Below are positions 24,416-35,249 of a stretch of 36,494 bases of DNA, piece by piece. This DNA is from Eledone cirrhosa. Lineage: Eukaryota. A program made the position numbers and the translations under genes. How positions within the stretch are numbered: position 1 is the first letter of the stretch; every line of letters begins with the position of its first letter. The notes under the pieces are model-generated. The model was not told where the DNA came from. It did not search any database and was given only the letters and a program-made list of their open reading frames with translations. The DNA is taken from assembly GCA_964016885.1 (NCBI GenBank), contig CAXHJY010000679.1, positions 1 through 36,494 on the forward strand, written 5' to 3'.

Positions 24416-25659
24416 ATTATTTCTTTATTTCTCTATCTTTATCTTCCTATCTAAGTTTTAAATTTTAGTTTAATATCCAACCCATACATTTTTACGGAAC
24501 TTATTTCTAACTGTGATTCATGCGTTTTTGATCTCTTATTTATAATATGTATGTAATTATATTTTCTACGTTTTTAAATATACCTACTGCATTTTTATAT
24601 CCATGATTCAAATATAGAGCAAATATACAAATAAATTATTATAGACCTTATTTTGAACTCTGAATTATCCATGCATTTATTATTGATTTTCTTATATATA
24701 TATATATGTATTTAACTGTAACACGTCGAACTTTATTATATAAAATTATAACCGTTATCATTTACATAAAGTATACTGTATCACTAATACCTAATATATA
24801 TCCATATATACCTCCCTCTTATATCTTTCTATACATAATTTTTAGTTAACTTCTAAATTTCTTGATTTTTATTATTTATTTTGAACTATGAATAATTAAT
24901 GCATTTACACCCTGTTATATATAGGTATATATTTAACTTTAGCATGCCTCAATCTATTATTTTATTTTTATTTTCGTTATCATTTACCTAATATATACTG
25001 GCTCATTAATATATGTCTATATACATAATCGTTATTTAAGTTTTTCTAACAATAAGTACTTCATACCTAATATGTTGACAATGATTATCTTCGTTAAAGT
25101 TTACATTTAAGAAAATATTCAACAGTGTAAACTTTCCTTTCCGCTGGCCAGCTAAATCCTTTAAATGTTATCCTCATAAAATTCAGAAGTTTAGAAATGT
25201 TAACACACTTATAGAATTTACAAAACTAATAAATATAAATAACCAGCAATTTAAAAAAAAACCTAAAATCTTGATTCTTCACCCTAAAATAGCATAAATT
25301 AAATATTTTCAAACTTAACCGTTTAACTTTCGGAAAAAATCTCCTTCTGCACATATTACCCCCCCCCCCCTCCGCCCCTATCTTTCCCTCTCTATACATC
25401 CTATTCCAGTGGCTCTCATTGACTGTTATAATTCATGAGATGTTTTCCGAGATAAACATAAATTGTGGTATCATACATTTTAAAATCTCTATAACTGTTA
25501 CATTAAGCAACGGTTTTCTTACTCACACATTCTCTATTGAATTTATTACGTTTTCGCAGTTTCTCATTATTAGGGTATAAATGTTAAATTTTCTCTTAGT
25601 TTAATCATTACCTTGATTAAATCTTAACCATTTAACATCTCAGGGTATGTCATGTATCA

Positions 25660-25720
25660 TTATATTTTGTCTGATGAGGATGTACTGTTGTACATCCGAA
25701 ATATGTATAATAAAATGTAA
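25660..25720 (+). ncRNA. Minimal type I hammerhead ribozyme at PLE 3' end
   Basis: TTATATTTTGT-CTGATGA(25671)-GGATGTAC tgtt GTACATCC-GAAA(25698)-TATGTA-TA-ATAAAATGTAA; 11-bp stem I (2 G.U), perfect 8-bp stem II. Confidence 0.88.
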
Positions 25721-25777
25721 TTGATCAAAAGAACATCTAATTTATTAATATTTGTATTTTAATATATATATATATAT

Positions 25778-26035
25778 ATAGTTATGTAATAAACAACATA
25801 AGGCAATTATTTCATTTACCAGTGGTTTTTTAAAAAACCAACGGTTTTTTAAAATCCAACGCCAATAAATACACCAGGATTTTTTCATTCTGATGATTGA
25901 AAGCAAAATTTTTTTGCTTTTAAGAAACCACTGGTAAATGAAATAATAGCCTTATGTTGTTTTTTACATAACTATTAAGCTGTGTTACCTACATAGAGCA
26001 CTCTTTTTTCCTGGACTTTTCCGACGGAATTACTT

Positions 26036-26040
<5 letters not shown>
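25778..26040 (+). mobile_element. Short PLE-derived insertion with ~58-bp inverted arms and tail, in (TA)n
   Basis: 25778-25835 is the reverse complement of ~25918-25975; tail 25976-26040; contains an HHR. Confidence 0.75.
25883..25943 (+). ncRNA. Minimal type I hammerhead ribozyme
   Basis: TTTCATT-CTGATGA(25890)-TTGAAAGCAAAA ttt TTTTGCTTTTAA-GAAA(25924)-CCACTGG-TA-AATGAAA; perfect 7-bp stem I, 12-bp stem II. Confidence 0.85.
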
Positions 26041-26104
<64 letters not shown>

Positions 26105-26163
26105 AAATTTCGCTCTACATGGCTGAATACAATAAATGTAATCTGAGTTTTTCGAATATTAAT

Positions 26164-26278
26164 AATTGTTTCTACTTTTGGCACAAGGCCAACAATTACT
26201 CAGTGTATTACTGGTACTTTATTTTATGGACCCCGTAAGGATGAAAGGCAAAGTTAACCTTGAGATTTGAACTCAGAA
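26164..26278 (-). mobile_element. 5'-truncated tRNA-SINE
   Basis: Reverse complement of the 24300-24418 part of the SINE, including the B box. Confidence 0.85.
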
Positions 26279-26521
26279 TATTAATAATAACATTCGATTC
26301 GTTTGCAATTATGCAAACAAGCCTCAATTTTATAGCCATGTCAATAGAATGAACACTTCATTCTTGCTCTTGTGGAAAAACTCAGATTACATTTATTATA
26401 TATATATATATATATACTGTATATATATATATATCCCTCTTCCTGCTATATCAAGCGTTAACCTAATATATCCCTTCCATATATTGTACCGATTGTGTTG
26501 TTATTTCTGTTTACCTTTTAC

Positions 26522-27122
26522 ATACCAATGAAAGTTGGAAGATCACCGATGAAGGACTAATTTTATTCATATGTAACCCATGTGCAACCACGCAGCACTC
26601 CATTTTTCTTATATTTATATTTTTTCCTCAGCTGCGATTGTCTGTTTCTTTCTTACTGCTTCCCCACTCTCTGTATCTCTCACCTTCTTTTTACCCCCTC
26701 TGCCAGTCACACTCTCTCTCAACTAGCCTCTTCCTCACAATTCCACTCTCTCACTCTCTGCTTCTCCCCGTCTCTCACTTCCCGCCGTTTGACCTGTGTG
26801 GAATCCTTTTCTCGCTCACATCTCACCCATATCGGATGGTCTGTATCTCTCGTCCATGATTTCACCAAGCTTAAGCTTATAGATATCATGTACTTGTCTC
26901 TTCCTATCTTTCCGTTGCAATACCATCGTTGTGTGTTTACATGTCTCGCTCGCTTCACCCTATTTTACTTGTCCCAATAACTTTATTTAGTTATTGCTCG
27001 CACCAACCAGAGGTATATGATTTTTAAAGCGATGAAATACCAATGAAGGTTAGAAGATCACTGATGAAGGACTAATTTTATTCATATGTAACCCATGTGC
27101 AACCACGCAGTACTCCATTTTT

Positions 27123-27129
<7 letters not shown>
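26522..27129 (+). mobile_element. Non-coding element with 93-bp direct repeats
   Basis: 26522-26614 repeated at 27037-27129 (about 4 mismatches); CT-rich body homologous to 16243-16859; ends in (TA)n. Confidence 0.75.
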
Positions 27130-27166
<37 letters not shown>

Positions 27167-27716
27167 CAAGAGCTGTGCCCCCCCCCCCCAGCCACTCAGA
27201 CACATATACACAGAGAATATAGTGAATTTACTTTGATGGAATAACTGGAACACTCATCGCCGTAACCGGTGGAGGTTCGTTGTTTTTACAGTAAGGACAT
27301 TGACAGTTAAGTGCTTCGGCCATGGATACGACACCTCAATGTTAGATATAGAGGTTCTGCCTCCTCTACACTTCGATTCACATATCCTACCATCTTCATC
27401 GTTTGCGGCTACATTGTAATTTATATTAACGTTTATAGTTCCCTAATATAAATAATATAATCTCGATAATCGATTTAATAGAAGCAATTATACATTTTGT
27501 GATTATTTCGTTGTTGATATAACTTCTCCTTGAAGGAAGGCAAATCCTCGTAGGATTCCTCGTATCGCACACAAGTAAATATTGTGATTGAATGGAATTT
27601 ATTTTATTGGGGGTAAGGCACAAGTAATTGAGAATTAGCAATTCGGAATGGTTCTCTTGAAAATTGTGTTTGGTTCTAGTGGTCGTGATAGTTGTGCTGC
27701 TAGCGAGGGTGGTGAT

Positions 27717-28760
27717 GTGATAGTGGTGGTGGTGGTGGTGATAGTGGTGGTGATGGTGATAGTGGTGGTTATGGTGGTGGTGATAGTGGTGGTGATGGTG
27801 ATAGTGGTGGTTATGGTGGTGCTGATAGTGCTAGTGGTGAGAATGGTGGTGTTGGTGGGGAGAATGGTGGTGGTGATAGTGGTGATGGTGATAGTGGTGG
27901 TGGTGGTGATAGTGGTGGTTATGGTGGTGGTGATAGTGGTGATGGTGGTGATAGTGGTGGTGGTGGTGGTGATAGTGGTGGTTATGGTGGTGGTGATAGT
28001 GGTGGTGGTGGTGATAGTGGTGGTGGTGGTGGTGATAGTGGTGGTTATGGTGGTGGTGATAGTGGTGGTGGTGGTGATAGTGGTGGTGTTAGTGGTGGTG
28101 GTGATGGTGATGGTGATAGTGGTGGTTATGGTGGTGCTGATAGTGCTAGTGGTGAGAATGGTGGTGTTGGTGGGGAGAATGGTGGTGGTGATAGTGGTGG
28201 TGATGGTGATAGTGGTGGTGGTGGTGGTGCTGATAGTGCTAGTGGTGAGAATGGTGGTGGTGATAGTGTAGGAGGTAGAGAAAGTGGTGTTGATGGTGAT
28301 AGTGGTGGTGGTGGTGATAGTGGTAGTGGTAGTAGTAGTGATAGTGGTGGTGGTTGTGGTGGCGATAGTTGTTATGGTGGTGTTGATAGTGCTAGTAGTG
28401 AGAATGGTGGTGGTGGTGATAGTGTAGGAGGTAGAGAAAGTGGTTTTGATGGTGATAGTGGTGGTGGTGGTGATAGTGGTAGTGGTAGTAGTAGTGATAG
28501 TGGTGGTGGTTGTGGTGGCGATAGTTGTTATGGTGGTGTTGATAGTGCTAGTAGTGAGAATGGTGGTGGTGGTGATAGTGTAGGAGGTAGAGAAAGTGGT
28601 GTTGATGGTGATAGTGGTGGTGATAGTGGTAGTGGTAGCGGTAGTGGTAGTGGTAGTGGTGGTGGCGATAGTGGTGATTGCGGTAGTAATTGTGATGGTT
28701 GTAGAGGTGGTGGTGACAGAAGTTATGGTGGTCGAAGTGTTGATAGTGTTGCTGATGTTG
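27717..28760. repeat. Degenerate (GGT/GAT/AGT)n repeat with 156-bp higher-order unit
   Basis: GTGTAGGAGGTAGAGAAAG recurs at 28266, 28422 and 28578. Confidence 0.9.
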
Positions 28761-28768
28761 GTACTGCG

Positions 28769-28818
<50 letters not shown>

Positions 28819-28934
28819 AAAGGTGGTGATGTTGATGTTTGTGATAGGGATTAAAGCATTGTTGTTGTTCATTGTGATGGTATTAAGAGTGGTAGTGATG
28901 GTGTCGGGTGGGGGGGTAGTGTTGATGGCAATGG

Positions 28935-31760
28935 CGGTGGTGTTGGTGCTGGTGGTGGTGTTGGTGAGGGTGATGGTGGTGCTGGTGGTGGTGTTGGTGA
29001 GGGTGATGCTGATGGTGGTGCTGGTGGTGGTGTTGGTGAGTGTGATGGTGGTGCTGGTGGTGGTGTTGGTGAGGCTGATTGTGGTGCTGGTGGTGGTGTT
29101 GGTGAGGGTGATGGTAGTGCTGGTGGTGGTGTTGGTGAGTGTGATGGTGGTGCTGGTGGTGGTGTTGGTGAGGGTGATTGTGGTGCTGGTGGTGCTGGTG
29201 GTGGTGTTGGTGAGGGTGATGGTGATGGTGGTGCTGGTGGTGGTGTTGGTGAGTGTGATGGTGGTGCTGGTGGTGGTGTTGGTGAGTGTGATGGTGGTGC
29301 TGGTGGTGGTGTTGGTGAGTGTGATGGTGGTGCTGGTGGTGGTGTTGGTGAGGGTGATTGTGGTGCTGGTGGTGGTGTTGGTGAGGGTGATTGTGGTGCT
29401 GGTGGTGGTGTTGGTGAGGGTGGTGGTGGTGCTGGTGGTGGTGTTGGTGAGTGTGATGGTGGTGCTGGTGGTGGTGTTGGTGAGTGTGATGGTGGTGCTG
29501 GTGGTGGTGTTGGTGAGGGTGATGGTGATGGTGGTGCTGGTGGTGGTGTTGGTGAGGCTGATTGTGGTGCTGGTGGTGGTGTTGGTGAGGGTGATTGTGG
29601 TGCTGGTGGTGGTGTTGGTGAGGGTGATGGTGGTGCTGGTGGTGGTGTTGGTGAGTGTGATGGTGGTGCTGGTGGTGGTGTTGGTGAGGCTGATTGTGGT
29701 GCTGGTGGTGGTGTTGGTGAGGGTGATGGTGGTGCTGGTGGTGGTGTTGGTGAGTGTGATGGTGGTGCTGGTGGTGGTGTTGGTGAGGGTGATGGTGATG
29801 GTGGTGCTGGTGGTGGTGTTGGTGAGTGTGATGGTGGTGCTGGTGGTGGTGTTGGTGAGTGTGATGGTGGTGCTGGTGGTGGTGTTGGTGAGGCTGATTG
29901 TGGTGCTGGTGGTGGTGTTGGTGAGGGTGATGGTGGTGCTGGTGGTGGTGTTGGTGAGTGTGATGGTGGTGCTGGTGGTGGTGTTGGTGAGGCTGATTGT
30001 GGTGCTGGTGGTGGTGTTGGTGAGGGTGATGGTGGTGCTGGTGGTGGTGTTGGTGAGTGTGATGGTGGTGCTGGTGGTGGTGTTGGTGAGGGTGATTGTG
30101 GTGATGGTGGTGCTGGTGGTGGTGTTGGTGAGGGTGATGGTGATGGTGGTGCTGGTGGTGGTGTTGGTGAGTGTGATGGTGGTGCTGGTGGTGGTGTTGG
30201 TGAGTGTGATGGTGGTGCTGGTGGTGGTGTGGTGAGTGTGATGGTGGTGCTGGTGGTGGTGTTGGTGAGGGTGATTGTGGTGCTGGTGGTGGTGTTGGTG
30301 AGGGTGATTGTGGTGCTGGTGGTGGTGTTGGTGAGGGTGGTGGTGGTGCTGGTGGTGGTGTTGGTGAGTGTGATGGTGGTGCTGGTGGTGGTGTTGGTGA
30401 GTGTGATGGTGGTGCTGGTGGTGGTGTTGGTGAGGGTGATGGTGATGGTGATGGTGGTGCTGGTGGTGGTGTTGGTGAGTGTGATGGTGGTGCTGGTGGT
30501 GGTGTTGGTGAGTGTGATGGTGGTGCTGGTGGTGGTGTTGGTGAGGCTGATTGTGGTGCTGGTGGTGGTGTTGGTGAGGGTGATGGTGGTGCTGGTGGTG
30601 GTGTTGGTGAGTGTGATGGTGGTGCTGGTGGTGGTGTTGGTGAGGCTGATTGTGGTGCTGGTGGTGGTGTTGGTGAGGGTGATGGTGGTGCTGGTGGTGG
30701 TGTTGGTGAGTGTGATGGTGGTGCTGGTGGTGGTGTTGGTGAGGGTGATTGTGGTGATGGTGGTGCTGGTGGTGGTGTTGGTGAGGGTGATGGTGATGGT
30801 GGTGCTGGTGGTGGTGTTGGTGAGTGTGATGGTGGTGCTGGTGGTGGTGTTGGTGAGTGTGATGGTGGTGCTGGTGGTGGTGTTGGTGAGGCTGATTGTG
30901 GTGCTGGTGGTGGTGTTGGTGAGGGTGATTGTGGTGCTGGTGGTGGTGTTGGTGAGGGTGGTGGTGGTGCTGGTGGTGCTGGTGGTGGTGTTGGTGAAGG
31001 TGATGGTGATGGTGGTCTGGTGGTAGTGTTGGTGCGTCTGATGGTGGTGCTGGTGGGGGTGTTGGTGAGGTTGTTAGTGAGGTTTGTGATGCTGGTGGTG
31101 GTGTTGGTGAGGGTGATTGTGGTGCTGGTGGTGGTGTTGGTGAGGGTGATTGTGGTGATGGTGGTGGTGGTGTTGGTGAGGGTGATGGTGGTGCTGGTGG
31201 TAATGGTGGTGGTGTTGGTGAGGGTGATGGTGGTGCTGGTGGTGGTGTTGGTGAGGGTGATTGTGGTGAAGGTGGTGGTGGTGTTGGTGAGGGTGATGGT
31301 GGTGCTGGTGGTAATGGTGGTGGTGTTGGTGAGGGTGATGGTGGTGCTGGTGGTGGTGTTGGTGAGGGTGATTGTGGTGATGGTGGTTTGTGTTGGTTGT
31401 GTTGGTGAGGGTGATGGTGGTGCTGGCGGTTGTGTTGGTGAGGGTGATGGTAGTGCTGGTGGTGCTGGTGTTGGTGAGGGTGATGGTGGTGTTGGTGGTG
31501 GTGTTGGTGAGGGTGATGCTGGTGTTGGTGGTGATGGTGGTGGTGTTGTTGAGGGCGAGGGTGCTGGTGGTGGTGTTGGTGAGGGTGATGGTGGTGCTGG
31601 TGGTGGTGTTGGTGAGGGTGATGGTGGTGCTGGTGGCGCTGGTGGTGGTGTTGGTGAGGGTGATGGTGGTGCTGGTGGTGGTGTTGGTGGTGTTGGTGAG
31701 GGTGCTGGTGGTGCTGGTGGTGGTGTTGGTGAGGGTGATGGTGGTGCTGGTGGTGCTGAT
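28935..31760. repeat. 33-bp minisatellite array (~2.8 kb)
   Basis: Unit GTGATGGTGGTGCTGGTGGTGGTGTTGGTGAGG with a few recurrent variants and block duplications. Confidence 0.95.
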
Positions 31761-32129
31761 GGTAGTGGTGATACTGATGATAGTGTTGACAGTGTTGTTG
31801 ATGTTGCTATGAAGTTATTGTTGTTGTTGGTGTTGGTGCCATTGGAGGCGGTTGTGGTGACAGTGATAGAACTGTTTGTGGTGGTTATAGTGTTTTTGTT
31901 GCTGTTGTTGTAGCAGTTGATGCTGTAATAGTTATTGTTATTGTAGAGCTAGGCATGAGAGTGACGTCATTGGTGATAGAATTGTCGTTGGTGGTCGTAG
32001 TGATGATAGTGGTGATTGCGTGGTTGATAGTGGTGGTTGCTATCATGTTGGTGTTACTGCTGCTGTTGTTGTATAAGTTGTTGTTGGTGTTTGAGGTGGT
32101 GGGACATTAGTGGTGGGGGTATTAGTGGT

Positions 32130-32179
<50 letters not shown>

Positions 32180-32205
32180 CAAAAGATGGTTAAAAGAGTT
32201 CCATG

Positions 32206-32276
32206 TATTTTATTATGCGCATTTCAAAAACAAATATCATCATGCAATAACATTTGTGTTTTCATTAGATAAAATA
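32206..32276 (-). ncRNA. Inverted hammerhead copy with core mutation
   Basis: Same as 32379-32449 except that the core reads CTAATGA (G5>A). Confidence 0.6.
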
Positions 32277-32378
32277 GGAAGACATAATATGAAGGTTAAA
32301 GAACACTTGTGAATAGTGCAGTTTTAAATCAACATATCACATTCAAAAGTGTTCTTTAACCTTCATATCATGTCTTCC

Positions 32379-32449
32379 TATTTTATCTGATGAAAACACA
32401 AATGTTATTGCATGATGATATTTGTTTTTGAAATGCGCATAATAAAATA
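32379..32449 (+). ncRNA. Minimal type I hammerhead ribozyme
   Basis: TATTTTAT-CTGATGA(32387)-..ACAAATGTTATT gcat GATGATATTTGT..-GAAA(32430)-TGCGCA-TA-ATAAAATA. Confidence 0.88.
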
Positions 32450-32572
32450 CATGGAACTCTTTTAACCATCTTTTGATATTATATATTATGTATACTCCAG
32501 TCCTACAAACTGTAGAGTGCTTCTTATCCGATATCTGCATTGCTTTATTGTACTACAATAAAACTCACCTCC

Positions 32573-32620
<48 letters not shown>

Positions 32621-32850
32621 TATACAAAGAAGATTGATCCAAATAGATAATAAACGCCGCCCGTGAATGTTACGAGAGACGGTTTGAAGGTAGTTTTGTG
32701 TGTTTGGGAAATTACAAAGGAATCATTTATATAACTACAACATGTCTGATTTCGTTGGAGAATCAATGTATTGTGTTTAATGTTGGTTGAAGGAGAAACA
32801 CAAATATAGGGACTTGGTCAACTTGAAACAATGTGGTAATTCTTTAATGA

Positions 32851-33010
32851 AGGTGGTGAATTGGCAGAGACAGTAAAGACATCGGATGAAAGGACTTGCG
32901 ATTGGTTACGGTTCACTGACCTTCGAGCTCAAATCCCACCGAGGCCAAATTTGCTGGTCATTCTTTAGAGGTCGGTAAAGAAGGGATCAGCTCAATACCG
33001 GAGTTGATTA
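32851..33010 (+). mobile_element. Diverged tRNA-SINE copy
   Basis: AGGTGGTGAATTGGCAGAGACAGTAA..GAGCTCAAATCCCACCGAGG..GAGGTCGGTAAA. Confidence 0.6.
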
Positions 33011-33129
33011 TTCCTCTATATCTCTTTTCCATGTATCTCTCTTCAGGTCACTTTCTGTCTCTACGTCCTTAATTGTAAGACATCGGCTGTGTTCAGATAT
33101 GAAAAGAGATGGGTTAGGTCATATTTAAA

Positions 33130-33393
33130 CGTGACATACGGTGTGTTTGACATACGACATTTGTGACACTACACGTGTGTGTGGTTTTTCGATATGTGTG
33201 GCAGTGCGGTGTGTGGGACACTACTCAGTATGTGACACCACAACCCGTGTGACACCACGTCGTGTGTGACATTGCAGTGAGAGTGACACTTAGGGGTATG
33301 TGACACTATGGTATGTGTGACACTACGGCGTGTGTAACTACGTCGTGTATCACATACAGCATGTGTGATAAAACAGGGTGTGTAACTCTACGG
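33130..33393. repeat. Degenerate ~17-19-bp minisatellite
   Basis: Recurring TGTGACACTAC/GTGACACCAC cores, about 14 units. Confidence 0.75.
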
Positions 33394-33455
33394 CTCCCCT
33401 ACATCTCCATCGGGAATTAACTGCCCTTACATGATATGGCTTGGCTATAGTATAT

Positions 33456-33645
33456 AATTCTTTCTACTTTTTGGCACAAGGCCAGCAATTACCGAGTGCA
33501 TTACTGGTACTTTATTTTATCGACCTCGTAAGGATGAAAGGCAAAGTTAACCTCGGCGGGATTCGAACTCAGAATGGCAAGGGCCGTAACTCTATGCTAG
33601 AAAGCATGGCGTCCGACCCTCTACCGATACTGTCAATCCACCGCC
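33456..33645 (-). mobile_element. Full-length tRNA-derived SINE
   Basis: Reverse complement of the 24232 family; B box GAGTTCGAATCC; possible TSD AGT(A/T)TATAAT. Confidence 0.9.
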
Positions 33646-33850
33646 AAGTTTATAATGTATGAAAATGAGGGTACCTCAGGTAGATGACACATTATATCAC
33701 AAACTTCTGGTGTCTTTGACCCTAGGGCTACCTCCCTACTTACCACCATAGGCGCTGAGCTGGCTAGTCTATGTACATATGTATATTGGTCGGTGAAGTG
33801 AATAACACATCCGACTAGCAACATATCAATAGAATTTTACATCTTGTTCG

Positions 33851-33921
33851 TATTTGTCTGAAAGAACGTAAGACAGTTATTATATAACTACCTTACATCT
33901 TCGAAATACGTATAACGAATA
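33851..33921 (+). ncRNA. Hammerhead motif with 1-nt core insertion
   Basis: TATTTGT-CTGAAAGA-..GTAAG..AGTTAT tat ATAACT..CTTAC..-GAAA(33903)-TACGTA-TA-ACGAATA; 7-bp stem I. Confidence 0.55.
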
Positions 33922-34049
33922 AAAGAGGGATGTACAAATAAAACCGTCTCTCTGATTTATTGTAATAAAACTCCGGATGAATAAAAACCGTGGAGTGTTT
34001 TACATCTGTTAAAGAATAAGTCGGCAGATTTTTAATCAATCAACTATCT

Positions 34050-34290
34050 TCATCATCATCATCATCATCAGGTCGAGCTTGCTCGGCTTTCTACGAAACG
34101 TTTCCTCCATCCATCTCTGTCTCTCATAGCGTTTGCCAGTTCTTCCGCAGTGCATCCAGTATCGTCCTCAAGTTGCTTGACGTATGTCTTCTTGGGACGA
34201 CCAGTGTTTCTTGCTCCATGAAATGGACTCCATAACAACACCACCTGCTATTTCTTCCTTGCTGCGCCAACTGTGGCCAGCAAATATAAG
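34050..34290 (-). mobile_element. 3' end of RTE-like LINE with (TGA)n tail
   Basis: Minus-strand FAGHSWR..VLLWSP..GRPKKTYVKQLEDDTG..AMRDRDGWRKR, then stop and (TGA)n. Confidence 0.85.
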
Positions 34291-34387
34291 TGAAAAGCTA
34301 AATATGACACAAACTTTCTTCAATTGTATATTATATATATATTATTAATTCTGGCAATATTACACAAATATGACCCTCCCCAAGTAT

Positions 34388-34432
<45 letters not shown>

Positions 34433-34972
34433 GTGTGTGTGTACATGTTTACATATATATATATATATATAATGTGTGTGTGTACATGTGTGCATATATA
34501 TATTTATATATATTTACACACATTCAAGCATATGTTACTTTTGTCTATGCTTATATACTCATTTATCTATGATTCTCTGTCTGAACACATGAACGTACAA
34601 ATGAAAGAATGACAGAATGAAAGAGAGAATAAATATATGAATGAATGAATATTTGATATTGTTTTTGTTGCGTGTGCAGAAACCATATTTCAATAAGAAA
34701 TTATTCGGGACATGTTACTGTCCGATTGTGTTTCGCTTTAATGATTGCGCTATTTCACGCGCTGAGTTGTTTAACACAATGAAAACAACGATAGCTTGAT
34801 CACAGATTTTGAAATAAGCTCTACAATGTTGTTGTTCTTTAATTCATATTGTTATGCTTATTTACATTTATATTTTGTGATTGAATTTTCTTCTGCCATA
34901 ATGTTTTCTTATACAAGTCGTGGATATTAGAATACAACATAGTATATAAAATATCAATAACCCATGGGAAAT

Positions 34973-34974
<2 letters not shown>

Positions 34975-35021
<47 letters not shown>

Positions 35022-35050
35022 TAATAATGATAACAATAATAATAATGATA
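34975..35050. repeat. (TAA)n microsatellite
   Basis: Direct reading. Confidence 0.9.
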
Positions 35051-35218
35051 ATTTCTAGATTAAATCGACCCCAGTTCGTTACTGGGGCTTTATTTTATCG
35101 ACCCCGTAAGGATGAAAAGCAAAGCTAACCTCGGTAGGATTTGAACTTAGAACGTAACGGGCCATAGCTCTATGCCGCTAAGCATGTTGTTCGACGCCCT
35201 ACCGATACTGCCAATCCA
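35051..35218 (-). mobile_element. tRNA-derived SINE copy
   Basis: Matches the 33500-33640 portion of the SINE. Confidence 0.8.
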
Positions 35219-35249
35219 AATGATGATAATAATAATAATTATTATTATC

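Larger units (their letters stand above)
22075..25765 (+). mobile_element. 5'-truncated Penelope-like retroelement inserted in (TA)n
   Basis: RT + GIY-YIG coding relic, long AT-rich 3' region, terminal hammerhead, 21-bp inverted match 22171-22191/25745-25765, TA tracts on both sides. Confidence 0.88.
32170..32575 (+). mobile_element. Short PLE-derived insertion with 145-bp inverted arms and tail, in (TA)n
   Basis: 32170-32314 is the near-perfect reverse complement of 32341-32485 (the ORF track shows the same peptide on both strands); tail 32486-32575. Confidence 0.85.

Noticed and set aside
27648-31913. Val/Leu-rich or Gly-rich + strand proteins
   Set aside because: Products of the GGT-based tandem repeat; composition implausible and frames break arbitrarily
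33130-33393. CRISPR-like repeat/spacer pattern
   Set aside because: Units are short, degenerate and contiguous without unique spacers; eukaryotic context, no cas genes
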